Below, one piece after another: positions 17,927 to 27,782 of a DNA stretch of 39,247 nt. The notes under the pieces were generated by a model that was given only the letters and a program-made list of their open reading frames with translations, was not told the DNA's origin and did no database searches. The stretch's first letter is position 1; each line of letters opens with the position of its first letter. Location of the stretch: positions 1 to 39,247 of the IMG/VR virus record IMGVR_UViG_3300030397_000188. One strand, 5' to 3'. Position numbers and translations under genes: made by a program. The DNA is from a virus (lineage: Duplodnaviria > Caudoviricetes).

Positions 17927-18816
17927 TGGCTATCGGAACAACAGCGGCGCTTATCGGTACCACCGCCCTGAGCTCGGGCGTTAGTGCTATCGCGGCTGAC
18001 AAGGCGTCGTCTGCACAAGAGGACGTTGCCAATACGCAGGTTGCCCTGCAGCGCGATATTTACGAGGACACAACCGAACGGTTTGCCCCGTATGTACAGG
18101 GCGGCTTGGATTTTCAGAACGCCCTGCGGTATGAACTTCTAGGCGGGGAAAGGCCGGTATTCGGTGGCAATCCTTTGGAGGTTAGCGAGTTCACCGAAAC
18201 CATACCGGGCACGCCTGCAAATCCGAACGTCACGCCGCGTTGGGATGATAGCGACGGGGAATTGCGTCTTGTCGGGGCGGGCACCCCGGCGACAACCCGG
18301 ACGCGCTATCGCGTTGGCGATCAGGTGTTTGACGACAGGGGCGCGGCTGACGAGTACGCGGCAGCAAACCCGACCGGCGGCTATGAATACCAGGGATTCC
18401 AGGAAACGCCGGGTTATCAGTTTGCCTTTGACGAGGGCCAGCGGGCGATTGATACCAGCGCAGCGGCAAGTGGCAATTTGTTCAGCGGCGGAACCCTCAA
18501 GGCGCAGCAGCGTTTCGGCACCGGCTTGGCAAACCAGGAATATAACAATTACCTGAACCGCCTGACGGGTGGCGCGGCGTCTGGGCAGGCAGCAGCGGCA
18601 AACCAGGCCAATGCGGGCGCGAACTACGGCATTCAGGCGGGCAACGCTTACGCGAACCTTGGGAATGCGCAGGCTGCGGGCGCAATTGGTGTGGGGAATG
18701 CCCTGAACACCGGGATAAACAACGCATTTGGGGTGTGGAATTACCAGCAAGGCCAGAAGGGGCAGAACGCACTTGCGCCTAGCCAATCGCTGCGGCCCAT
18801 GGCGAGGCCGTTCTGA
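17926..18816 (+). CDS. DNA ejection/transfer protein (P22 gp7-like)
   Basis: A/G/Q-rich; PGYQF...G.RA..SAAASGNLFSGGTLKA motif. Confidence 0.8.
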   Translation: MAIGTTAALIGTTALSSGVSAIAADKASSAQEDVANTQVALQRDIYEDTTERFAPYVQGGLDFQNALRYELLGGERPVFGGNPLEVSEFTETIPGTPANPNVTPRWDDSDGELRLVGAGTPATTRTRYRVGDQVFDDRGAADEYAAANPTGGYEYQGFQETPGYQFAFDEGQRAIDTSAAASGNLFSGGTLKAQQRFGTGLANQEYNNYLNRLTGGAASGQAAAANQANAGANYGIQAGNAYANLGNAQAAGAIGVGNALNTGINNAFGVWNYQQGQKGQNALAPSQSLRPMARPF

Positions 18817-19376
18817 TGGACTGGACACCCTATGCAGTTGGCGGCGCTGCTTCCAGGCCGGACAGCTTCACCGGCTTGCGGCCTGAATTTGCCGGCGCTG
18901 TTTACCAAATGGTGCAGGACGCCCATGCGGCGGGTATTCCCTTGCAGATTACGTCTGCTTATCGGTCGCCAGAAGTACAGGCGCGGCTCTACGAAAACGC
19001 AATTGCAAAATACGGCTCCCCCGAGGCGGCGCGCAAATGGGTTGCCCCGCCGGGGCGTTCTCAGCACAACCACGGCACAGCGGTGGACTTCGCGGTAAAC
19101 GGTAGCCTGCTGCGGGATGCAAACAGCCCCGAGGCGCAGTGGATCGCGGCCAATGCTGCGCGTTATGGCTTGGATGTGCCGATGGATTGGGAGCCGTGGC
19201 AGGTGGAACTGGCAGGCGCACGCGGAAACGCCCTGACAACGCCCGCACAGCCCCAGAACGCCCTTGCAATGGCCGAACCCCCGCAGAACGCCTTACCACG
19301 GCTGGAAACGCCACAATTGGACGTGCGGGACTTCCAAACGCCGGTCAATGCCCTGCAGCTTAGGAGATTCACCTAA
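18816..19376 (+). CDS. M15-family (VanY-like) peptidoglycan peptidase
   Basis: SAYRS..VQ, VAPPGRSQHNHGTAVD, EPWQ. Confidence 0.85.
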   Translation: MDWTPYAVGGAASRPDSFTGLRPEFAGAVYQMVQDAHAAGIPLQITSAYRSPEVQARLYENAIAKYGSPEAARKWVAPPGRSQHNHGTAVDFAVNGSLLRDANSPEAQWIAANAARYGLDVPMDWEPWQVELAGARGNALTTPAQPQNALAMAEPPQNALPRLETPQLDVRDFQTPVNALQLRRFT

Positions 19377-20554
19377 TGCCCTTGAACCCGAATATCATCC
19401 TTGCGGGGCGTCAGCCTGATTTGGTCAATACGCTGAACCGTTCCAACATCGCTGCGGCGGGGTCCAATGCGCTGCGCGACGACAACGCATTGCGCCAACT
19501 GTATCAAACGCAGGGGGCCGGTATTGCGGCGGGCGATCAGAACGCGCTGAATGCCTTGGCGCAGTTGAACCCGCAGGCGGCTTTGGGCGTGCAGAACACC
19601 CGTCAGGTGATGGATGCGCGGCGGCAGACTATGGCGGCAACAAAGCAGCGCATGGACATGCTGAACGCAGGCGAACAGCGGGCAATTCGGGAACACATAA
19701 TGAATCTTTCCGCAGCCGAACGGCAGCAGGAAGCGGCGCAGATTGAGCAAGGATTGATGCGCGGTATCCAAGCGTATCAGGCCGGGGATTTGAATGGGCT
19801 GAATGCTCTGTTGCAGAGCGCTGAAATCCCCCCGTTGGCAAGGCTTGAGGACTTCCCGGCGTTGGCCGCGCGCTACAAGGGTGTTTTTGACGCGCTTGTT
19901 GAGTTGAAGGACTTTGAGGCACCGAACAAACCGGCGGATGAATATGGGCGATATGTTGCCGAAGAAAAGGCAGCGGGGCGTCAGCCTTTGAGTCGGATTG
20001 AGTATGCGCAGGCGAAGAAAGGCAAGGGTACCATTGTATATGACCCGCAAACAGGCAGGCCACTGGTTTCCATTGGTGGCGGCAATGATGACCCAACAGA
20101 TGTAACAAGCCCGTCTAGTCCAGCGGCAATGATTGCCAGCATTGACGGCATTCTAAACGACCCTGCGCTTGATTATTCGACGGGCATTCTCTCCCCGTTG
20201 CAAAACATCCCCGGCACGCCGCAAAAGCGGTTTGGCGCGCGCGCGCAGCAGCTTGAAGGTCAGGCATTCCTGCAGGCGTTTGAAAGCCTCAAGGGTGGCG
20301 GTCATATCACTGAGATTGAAGGCCAGAAAGCGACGCAGGCAATCGGGCGGCTTGATACTGCACAAAGCGCGGATGATTACCGGGCGGCACTTACTGAACT
20401 GCGGGACATTCTGCAATTGGGCATTCAGCGGCAATCTGGCGGGGTAACTGCCCCCGCGCCGGAACCTACCCCTGCCGAGGTTCCTGATCCAAGTTCGCAG
20501 TTTCAGTTTGAGACGCCGGAGCAGAAGGCTCTGTTTGAGAAATACTCGCAATAG
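19376..20554 (+). CDS. DNA ejection protein (gp20 position)
   Basis: 392-aa helical Q/A-rich ORF in the ejection cluster. Confidence 0.7.
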   Translation: MPLNPNIILAGRQPDLVNTLNRSNIAAAGSNALRDDNALRQLYQTQGAGIAAGDQNALNALAQLNPQAALGVQNTRQVMDARRQTMAATKQRMDMLNAGEQRAIREHIMNLSAAERQQEAAQIEQGLMRGIQAYQAGDLNGLNALLQSAEIPPLARLEDFPALAARYKGVFDALVELKDFEAPNKPADEYGRYVAEEKAAGRQPLSRIEYAQAKKGKGTIVYDPQTGRPLVSIGGGNDDPTDVTSPSSPAAMIASIDGILNDPALDYSTGILSPLQNIPGTPQKRFGARAQQLEGQAFLQAFESLKGGGHITEIEGQKATQAIGRLDTAQSADDYRAALTELRDILQLGIQRQSGGVTAPAPEPTPAEVPDPSSQFQFETPEQKALFEKYSQ

Positions 20555-20729
20555 CGGCCTTCTCCCAGCGCCGGATAATCCAGGTCATGTAAATGACAAA
20601 GGCAATGGGCCAGATGCTCGGTGTCCACCACAGGTCGCCTAGAACGTAAACGGCGACACCAACCCAAGCGGATAAAAGCGACCACGCAATCAGCATGGCG
20701 GTTTTGTGCGGCGTCCATCGAATGTGCAT
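20466..20729 (-). CDS. Antisense small two-TM membrane protein
   Basis: ATG 20729 after AGAAGG; two Trp-rich hydrophobic segments fill the gap between ejection genes. Confidence 0.6.
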   Translation of the reverse strand: MHIRWTPHKTAMLIAWSLLSAWVGVAVYVLGDLWWTPSIWPIAFVIYMTWIIRRWEKAAIASISQTEPSAPASQTETANLDQEPRQG

Positions 20730-20749
20730 CCTTCTAATAAGGGCAACCC

Positions 20750-22615
20750 ATGGCAAGTTTTCAAGAGTTAATGCGTGCTGCGGTAAATGCCGAGAACGCA
20801 GGCGACCAAAATGCCGCGCAACAGTTGGTGCAAATGGCGCAATCCATAGGCCAGCAAGCCCCGGCAAGTCAGGACGTTGCGGGAACAGGGGCGCTTGCGC
20901 CAAGGGCATATGACCCGGAAAGCAATGTTGAAACGCCGAAAGTCGATTCCTTTGGGCCAACAATTGCGGCGGCAACAAAAGGGCCAAGCCAATCCACGGT
21001 CCACCATGCGAAAAACTTCATGGACCCGGAGCGGTCTATTCCGCAGCGTGCAGGGGATGCGGCGATGACTGCGCTTTCTGCGGCTGGCACGACATACGCC
21101 TTTGGCGCTGGATTGGTCGGGGAAATGCTAGGCGGAAGTCCGACGCAGGAAAAGAAACTTGCCCGTGATCTGATGATGATGGGGGAAGTTTCGGTCCCTG
21201 AACTGGCCGGTGTGTCCAGTACCGTTGCGGCGGCAAATCGTGCCGCCAAGAGCGCGACCAAACTCAGCAAGGTTCCAACTGAGGTTCAGCGCACAGCGCG
21301 GGCGGCGGATGATCTGGGCATTACCCCGTCATTGGGCGCGGGAGGCAAGATTCGGGGTCAAGTTGCGGCGGGCTTGGAAAAGGTGCCATTTGCCGGGAAC
21401 ACAGTTGCCAAGGACGCGACACGGTTTGTTGATGAAATCGAAACAACATTTAACAATATTGTGTCGGGCGTTGGTGAGGTTCGCGGCGCTGCTGGTGCGG
21501 GTGAGGCCCTGCAAACCGGGCTGAACAAGTTTGTAAAGCAATTCAAGGATAAGGCTGACGACCTCTACAATGCAGTCGGGCGGCACATCCCGCGTGACAC
21601 GCTGGTGCAAGCCCCGGCGACCCGGCAGATGATTGCCGATGCACTTGAGCCGTTTGCGGATAAGCCCGCGATCCGCGCGCGCCTTGGCTTGGATAAATGG
21701 GCGGCGATTGCTGACGATTTAGAGGGCGGCTTGTCATGGGAGGCCGCAACGCAACTACGCAGCGACCTCGGGAAAGCAATCGGCAAGATTCAAGGGCCTT
21801 TGGCGGATATGGACCAAGGGCGTCTTAAGCAAGCCTTTGGGCAGTTGACGTCTGACCTTGAGGCGGCGGCTAAGGCGGCAGGGCCGGAGGCTGAAAAGGC
21901 ATGGATGCGCGCAAATCGTTACTACAAGCGCGGCGGACAGCGTATCAGCGATGCGCTTGACCAGACAATCAATGCTAAAAGTCCTGAACGTGCCTTTGAG
22001 GCGTTTGCGAACATGGCGAAAGAGGGCCGCGCGTCTGCCGATATAAACCGAATGTTCAAGATCAAATCCTCCATGCCAAAAGAGGAATGGAGCGAGGTTT
22101 CAGCGTCCATCATTGACCGGCTGGGGAAAGCTCGCCCAGGGCAGCAAAACGCGGCTGGTGATGCATTCTCAGCAAGTACGTTTCTGACGGAATGGAACAA
22201 ACTGACGCCAGAGGCCAAGAGCATTCTCTTGCCTAAAAACGCAAGGCAGCAGTTGAACAAACTTGCCGAGGTTGCCGAGGGTGCGAAGCGGGCGGGTGCG
22301 GAGCGGAATTTCTCGAACACAGGCACCACCCTGGCGCAAACGGCAGTTGGCGCGGGTGCTGTCATGGACCCGGTTGTAACGGGTTCGGCATTGCTTGGCG
22401 CAAATGTCAGCGCAAAGGCCATGACATCAACGCGGTTCTTGTCAGCCCTGAACAAATACGCGCGCGGCGACACGCGGGCACTTCGCAACATCGCTAAGGG
22501 TAATGACCCGCTTGCGATTGAGGCGCGAACCATTCTGCGCATGTCGGCAGCAGACGCCGCGCAGGCCACAGGGGCGGCAAATACCGACCCGTCACCTCTA
22601 GCAGTTGGTAGGTAA
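20750..22615 (+). CDS. Large DNA ejection protein (gp16 position)
   Basis: 621-aa Ala-rich helical ORF; NFSNTG motif near C-terminus. Confidence 0.72.
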   Translation: MASFQELMRAAVNAENAGDQNAAQQLVQMAQSIGQQAPASQDVAGTGALAPRAYDPESNVETPKVDSFGPTIAAATKGPSQSTVHHAKNFMDPERSIPQRAGDAAMTALSAAGTTYAFGAGLVGEMLGGSPTQEKKLARDLMMMGEVSVPELAGVSSTVAAANRAAKSATKLSKVPTEVQRTARAADDLGITPSLGAGGKIRGQVAAGLEKVPFAGNTVAKDATRFVDEIETTFNNIVSGVGEVRGAAGAGEALQTGLNKFVKQFKDKADDLYNAVGRHIPRDTLVQAPATRQMIADALEPFADKPAIRARLGLDKWAAIADDLEGGLSWEAATQLRSDLGKAIGKIQGPLADMDQGRLKQAFGQLTSDLEAAAKAAGPEAEKAWMRANRYYKRGGQRISDALDQTINAKSPERAFEAFANMAKEGRASADINRMFKIKSSMPKEEWSEVSASIIDRLGKARPGQQNAAGDAFSASTFLTEWNKLTPEAKSILLPKNARQQLNKLAEVAEGAKRAGAERNFSNTGTTLAQTAVGAGAVMDPVVTGSALLGANVSAKAMTSTRFLSALNKYARGDTRALRNIAKGNDPLAIEARTILRMSAADAAQATGAANTDPSPLAVGR

Positions 22616-22620
22616 ATCAC

Positions 22621-23763
22621 ATGGCTGAACAGGCAAGCAGAATAACGCCGGAACAGGTGTTGGACAGCAACGGCGATCCGGTATCCGGCGCGCTGGCATA
22701 TTTCTACATCACGGGCACAACCACGCTTGAAACGGTTTATACCGACAGCACGCTAACCACGGCGCACCCCTCGCCCCTGGTGGCGGATGCGGGCGGGTTC
22801 TTTGCGGAGGTTTACCACGCCGCAGATCATGGGATTAAGGTCGTTGTGACGGACAGCCTCGGCGGTTCGCTTTACACGCTGGACCCCATCCCCATGACGG
22901 CGAGTTTGGCGGCAGCAAGCGGGATTACGTTTAGCCCGGTGGCGGGCAATACCGCGACGGACGTGCAGCAGGCGATTGAAAACAACACGGACGCGGCGGC
23001 TGAAAACAGCGATGCGCGCGACAATCAGAACACGATTATCGACACGGCGGGCAGCGGGAATGCCTACACGGCTTCCGCCAATACTACAATCACCGCCTAT
23101 GAAGCGGGGCAACTGTTCTTCATTCGGTTTGATCGGGCCAATACTGGATCAGCGACATTGGACATTGATAGCCTCGGGGCTGTGAACCTTCGGAAAACCA
23201 ACAATTCCGGCGGTTACTCGAATTTAACTGCTGACGATATTCTGGATTACGAGGTTTACCGGGTTTTGTATGACGGCACCCGGTTTGTCTTGTTGGATGA
23301 GCGGGCCACGAATGACCGCAAGGGCGTTGTGCGCAAATCCACCAATGCGGAAAACATCGCGGGCACCGAGGACAAGGCGTATCCGTCCGTTTTGGGCGTC
23401 ACGACCATTATCGACAACCACATGCGGGCCTGGGCCTATGAAAGTGGTGAACAAACCATTACGGCAAGTTCTACGCTCTCCCTGGCTCACGGCTTGGGCG
23501 CGGCCCCATCCAGGATCGTGTTTAAGCTTCGCTGCAAGACAGCGGAACACAATTGGGCCGTTGGGGATGAGATTATCCTAAGCAGCGGTTTGGATGACGT
23601 GGGGGCTGCAGCGCGTGGATTGGTGGCCTATGTGGACAGCGGCGACACGACAAACCTCAAAATCATCTATCCTGACTTTTTGATTGTTCAGGACAAATCG
23701 ACATATGCGCGGGCGTCTTTGACTGTCGGCAACTGGCGGCTTCTCGTGTTTGCAAATCTTTGA
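22621..23763 (+). CDS. Tail fibre / tailspike attachment protein
   Basis: LDSNGDPVSG..YFY..GTTT...Y.D...TAHP virion-binding N-terminus; ANTGSATL and HGLG..P motifs. Confidence 0.78.
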   Translation: MAEQASRITPEQVLDSNGDPVSGALAYFYITGTTTLETVYTDSTLTTAHPSPLVADAGGFFAEVYHAADHGIKVVVTDSLGGSLYTLDPIPMTASLAAASGITFSPVAGNTATDVQQAIENNTDAAAENSDARDNQNTIIDTAGSGNAYTASANTTITAYEAGQLFFIRFDRANTGSATLDIDSLGAVNLRKTNNSGGYSNLTADDILDYEVYRVLYDGTRFVLLDERATNDRKGVVRKSTNAENIAGTEDKAYPSVLGVTTIIDNHMRAWAYESGEQTITASSTLSLAHGLGAAPSRIVFKLRCKTAEHNWAVGDEIILSSGLDDVGAAARGLVAYVDSGDTTNLKIIYPDFLIVQDKSTYARASLTVGNWRLLVFANL

Positions 23764-23773
23764 GGTTTAGAGA

Positions 23774-25633
23774 ATGAGTGACTTTAGGCTGCAAAGAAAA
23801 CGGCTTGCTGACGCTGATGTAACGGACACGGCCTCCATCGAGGCAGGCGACAGGGTTCCGCTTGAGCGGGACGGCGAGACTATCGCTTGGAACCCGTCGT
23901 CTCTAACCGGCGTCAATGTTGCAACGACATTTGACAACGTGGCGGCAATGGTTGCCGATGACGCTTTGTCAGTTGGGCAGTATGTCAGCACGCGCGGCCA
24001 CACCAACCCCGGCGATCACGGCGGCGGCTTGTACCAGATTGTTGCGGCGGGCACCGGCACGGATGACGGCGGCGAATACCACGACTTGACGGGCATTACC
24101 GGGCAGGCGCAGCTTTTGCACTATGGCTCAATCTATGCGGAGCAATTCGGGGCCGTTGATGGCGTTGAGGCGTCGGCGGAAATCCAGGCGGCATGGGATG
24201 CGCTGTTCAACTGGCAGGCCGCACAGGCGGCAAATACGCACACCTACCTGTTTCACAAGTCCCGCGTGACCATTCAAAACCAAGTCGAGTTCAAAGACCC
24301 GGCGGGCGCAACCACGGATTTCATGCACTTTGATCTGTCAGGCGCATCATGGACGGCAACAACCGGCGGGGATCTGTCCACCACCACGGCCATACTCAAG
24401 GTGCGGGCAACCAATGCAAACCAGACGTTCGGGTATCTCAACGGCAACAAGGCGGTTGCGTGTCTGGATCTGTACGGCGTTACCGGTTCGCGGGCATGGT
24501 TTCCTGAGTGCCGGAACTTCAAAGGCTACGGGATCAGGGTTCGCGGGTCGGCTGGGTCGTTTGTTCTCTACAACCCGATTTGCACCGAATACAGCCAATC
24601 AGACGCGGAATATCCGACCAGGGGCAACTATTCGGCGGACGGGATCTCGGTCGAGACAGGCGATTGGAACTGCTACAATGCGAATGTTCTGTTCTGCAAT
24701 CGGTGCGTTTATTTGGGTGCTGACGCGGTTCAGGTGCATTTCGTTGGGGCGCATTTGGTAAACGGGAACGCGGATTACCCAACCACGGCGGCTTGGACTG
24801 ATCCTATCCTGGTGGAGAACGACGCCACCCGAGAAAACCACTTTGACGACTGCTATTTTGACAACGGCCTGATTGAGGACAACACAACCACGCTGCACAT
24901 CAACGGCGGGCACTATGTCAACAACGGCGCGGCAACGCTGACGGAACCAAAGATCCGGCTGAATGCGTCGTCTGTCGGGCAAACCAGTGCCCCGGACTTG
25001 CGGGTAACGGATCTTGGCGGGCTGGCCTCCATGGGGTTCATAGACACCGGCGGCAATACGTGGTCGGGAGACTTGTCTGGGCTGGCGGGGCTTTACTCCG
25101 GCATGTCGGACGAGAACAAGACGGTGCAGGCCGTGCAGACGGAATACAACCTGTTTGCGAATGAAGGCGATGACGTTCAGATCAATTACAAAATCGGCGG
25201 AACATTCACCTACACATGGCAAATCGGCTCCGACGCTTTCACGTTTGACATAGATCCGACCAATGACACGGCTTATTTCAGCGGGGAACTTGGTGCGCGC
25301 TGGCTCAAGGTGCGCGATTGGGTGACAGGCTTTGGCGGGGATGAACTGACGATTTCCAGCGGTTCGATCACGCCCAACCAGGACTTCCACCGGGTTGATA
25401 CGGAGTCGGATGCGTCCTCTGATGATCTGGACACCATCGACGATACAAACGCCCATGCCGGGGCTTGGCTGACGCTCTGCCCGGCAAGTAACGCGCGGAC
25501 GGTGGTTATCAAGAATGACACCGGGAATATCAAATGCGGCTCTGACCTGACATTGGACAGCCTGCACGACACTGCGACATTCCGCTATTACAGCGGCAAT
25601 TGGCGGCTGGTTTCACACAGCAACAACGCATAA
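23774..25633 (+). CDS. Tailspike / receptor-binding protein, probable beta-helix
   Basis: TRGH..PGDHGGGLY and EQFGAV...AEIQAA motifs typical of the start of pectate-lyase-like spikes. Confidence 0.78.
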   Translation: MSDFRLQRKRLADADVTDTASIEAGDRVPLERDGETIAWNPSSLTGVNVATTFDNVAAMVADDALSVGQYVSTRGHTNPGDHGGGLYQIVAAGTGTDDGGEYHDLTGITGQAQLLHYGSIYAEQFGAVDGVEASAEIQAAWDALFNWQAAQAANTHTYLFHKSRVTIQNQVEFKDPAGATTDFMHFDLSGASWTATTGGDLSTTTAILKVRATNANQTFGYLNGNKAVACLDLYGVTGSRAWFPECRNFKGYGIRVRGSAGSFVLYNPICTEYSQSDAEYPTRGNYSADGISVETGDWNCYNANVLFCNRCVYLGADAVQVHFVGAHLVNGNADYPTTAAWTDPILVENDATRENHFDDCYFDNGLIEDNTTTLHINGGHYVNNGAATLTEPKIRLNASSVGQTSAPDLRVTDLGGLASMGFIDTGGNTWSGDLSGLAGLYSGMSDENKTVQAVQTEYNLFANEGDDVQINYKIGGTFTYTWQIGSDAFTFDIDPTNDTAYFSGELGARWLKVRDWVTGFGGDELTISSGSITPNQDFHRVDTESDASSDDLDTIDDTNAHAGAWLTLCPASNARTVVIKNDTGNIKCGSDLTLDSLHDTATFRYYSGNWRLVSHSNNA

Positions 25634-25742
25634 GCAACACGGCCTTTGGGCCTGAGCGCACCCGAGCGCGGCGGCAGGGCAAGTCCCGAACAAGAACAAT
25701 CCGCGCGGCTGACCACTCACAGTCACTGTTTAGGGCAATCAC

Positions 25743-25955
25743 ATGACCGAAGAAGAACACAACCTCATTCGTGAGGTCCATGAATTTTGGTTCAAGCCTC
25801 CGATTGAGGGCAAGCCAAACAGGGCAGCGCAGATTGACGAGGTTTTGGGCGCAGTCAGGGCAGGGAAGATTGGAACCCGGCTGTTGCTCTGGGCTGCGGG
25901 CATTATCGCGGCTTTTGGTGTGATCTGGTCGAATACGAATGGAAGTGGCCAATGA
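25743..25955 (+). CDS. Small membrane protein, first gene of the lysis region
   Basis: 70 aa, one C-terminal TM. Confidence 0.7.
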   Translation: MTEEEHNLIREVHEFWFKPPIEGKPNRAAQIDEVLGAVRAGKIGTRLLLWAAGIIAAFGVIWSNTNGSGQ

Positions 25956-26521
25956 GAAATGTTGTCCGGTTCATAGACTTCGCAAGCATTGCCCTCGTGG
26001 CGTGGATCTTCATGGTCCTCATACCCTTGCAGTGGTTCTGGTTCGATCCTGGCGAAGTGGTGATTTCAAACACTACCGTTGCCGCGCCGCCGAAGGTTTC
26101 ATTCACCCGCACAATCCAGCGCCGGGTGCTTATGACGTATCAGGTTGTCGTTCGGGACATTGAGAAAAACCGGGTTATTTGCGACCCGTCCAGTGAGGCG
26201 TTTTCTTACAGCCCAACCGCGCAAATGCCTGACGACGCGGATCTTGTCTGGTGGACGGGCGGTGATGATCGTTGCTGGCCGCAAGAACCGGGAACCTATG
26301 TCGCGGAGACATGCTGGACGGCTGTTTCGCTGTTTTTCGGCATGGTGCCAGATAAGACAGTTTGCCGCCTGAGCAACCCCTTTACCGTCGCTGGAATTAG
26401 CCGCGAAGAGGCTGCTGAGACGGTTGAGCAAACGCGCGGTCTGAAACTGCAGGTCGAGGAAATCCAGCGGGAACAGGAAGTAATTCAGCGGCAGTTGCAA
26501 AGCCTGGAGGCGAGTGAATGA
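25952..26521 (+). CDS. Membrane-anchored protein in the lysis cassette
   Basis: N-terminal TM, four Cys, coiled-coil C-terminus; ATGA coupled. Confidence 0.7.
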   Translation: MRNVVRFIDFASIALVAWIFMVLIPLQWFWFDPGEVVISNTTVAAPPKVSFTRTIQRRVLMTYQVVVRDIEKNRVICDPSSEAFSYSPTAQMPDDADLVWWTGGDDRCWPQEPGTYVAETCWTAVSLFFGMVPDKTVCRLSNPFTVAGISREEAAETVEQTRGLKLQVEEIQREQEVIQRQLQSLEASE

Positions 26522-27216
26522 GTTACAAACCAGACAGCGCAGTGACCACAATCGTAATCCATTATTCTGCGACCCCGATTGAACGGGATTACACCGCAGC
26601 CGACATTGACCAGATGCACCGCGCGCGGGGCTTCAAGGAAATCGGCTATCACTTTTTTATCCGCAAGGACGGCACCGTTGAGGCGGGGCGGGATATGTCG
26701 CAGCCGGGACGGTTTGAAGTTGGCGCGCACTCCAAGGGTGAAAACTCTAGCAGCATTGGCGTTTGCTTTGAGGGCGGCGTTAGGGCGTCTGCCCCGAATG
26801 TCGGCTTTGACAGTCGCACCCATGCGCAGAAAACCGCAATGATTGCGCTTATCATTTCTCTGCAGGAGCGCTTTCCCGGCGCTGTTGTGAAGGGACACCG
26901 GGATATGCCGGGGGCGGCAACGCAATGCCCCGGCTTCAATGCGGGTGCGTGGTGGGATGAGGTATCAGCCAAGCGCGTGGCTGAAATGAACGTTGTTCCT
27001 GACGCGTCCAAGGGGCGCAAATCGCTGGCGCAGTCCAGCACCATGCAGGCAAGCGCTTTTGGGGGCGTAGGGGCCGTCACAGGCGGCGTAACGGCTATCC
27101 AGAACCTTGAGGGCCGCAATCAGACAATCGCCATTGTCGCGCTTGTTGTGGTGACGCTGGCGTTGCTCTGGATTTGCAAGGAACGGGTTCGGTATTGGGT
27201 TGGAGGATTGAAATGA
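26518..27216 (+). CDS. Endolysin, N-acetylmuramoyl-L-alanine amidase with hydrophobic C-terminus
   Basis: IVIHYSA, IGYHF, GAH, GHRD, TQCP (T7-lysozyme-like Zn ligands). Confidence 0.93.
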   Translation: MSYKPDSAVTTIVIHYSATPIERDYTAADIDQMHRARGFKEIGYHFFIRKDGTVEAGRDMSQPGRFEVGAHSKGENSSSIGVCFEGGVRASAPNVGFDSRTHAQKTAMIALIISLQERFPGAVVKGHRDMPGAATQCPGFNAGAWWDEVSAKRVAEMNVVPDASKGRKSLAQSSTMQASAFGGVGAVTGGVTAIQNLEGRNQTIAIVALVVVTLALLWICKERVRYWVGGLK

Positions 27217-27398
27217 CACTCAAAGGCAACCGCACGCGCATTGTCGCGGCCCTCAGCATGATTATTCCCGTCCTGCAATCGACGGGGTTCGTGGCGCTCA
27301 TTCCGGCTGAATACCAGCTTGTTTATGCAATCTTTCTGGCTGGCCTGATGATTTACATGCGGCAAATCACGGACACGGCACCCGGACAGGCGAAGTGA
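27213..27398 (+). CDS. Holin-like two-TM protein
   Basis: MTLKGNRTRIV... two TMs, RQITDTAPG tail; GGAGG RBS. Confidence 0.7.
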   Translation: MTLKGNRTRIVAALSMIIPVLQSTGFVALIPAEYQLVYAIFLAGLMIYMRQITDTAPGQAK

Positions 27399-27643
27399 CC
27401 AAATACGCTCTCATAGCGGGCCTAGTAGCTTGTCTGGGGCTTGGGGGTGCCGCGTGGTGGTTTCAAGCCTCTGCGGCGCGTCTGAGGGCCGAGAACAAGG
27501 TTCTAAGCGCAAGGCTGTTTGCATGTGATGCGCGCTCGGCAAATTTGGAAGAGGATAAGAAAAGCGATGCGACTGTTAACGATCCTTCTGAGTTTGACGT
27601 TCCCGATCATTGGTTGCGCCCCGAAGGTGCTGCCCCCAACTGA
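27395..27643 (+). CDS. i-spanin (Rz-like)
   Basis: N-terminal TM plus coiled coil; overlapped by a lipoprotein gene. Confidence 0.72.
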   Translation: MTKYALIAGLVACLGLGGAAWWFQASAARLRAENKVLSARLFACDARSANLEEDKKSDATVNDPSEFDVPDHWLRPEGAAPN

Positions 27644-27782
27644 GGCGGCGTTCTGCGATGTGGAAGAACCTCGCAGGTTTTCACAAGCCGAGATTGATTG
27701 GCGCGCTGCAAATGCGCCTTGGAACCTTGCACGGGATTACCGCACAAACCTTACATGGGACCGGGAATGCGCGGAAGCATAA
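27567..27782 (+). CDS. o-spanin (Rz1-like lipoprotein)
   Basis: MRLLTILLSLTFPIIG-C lipobox, overlapping the Rz-like gene in another frame. Confidence 0.75.
   Translation: MRLLTILLSLTFPIIGCAPKVLPPTEAAFCDVEEPRRFSQAEIDWRAANAPWNLARDYRTNLTWDRECAEA

Noticed and set aside
24599-25567. 322-aa minus-strand ORF
   Set aside because: Antisense shadow of the tailspike gene
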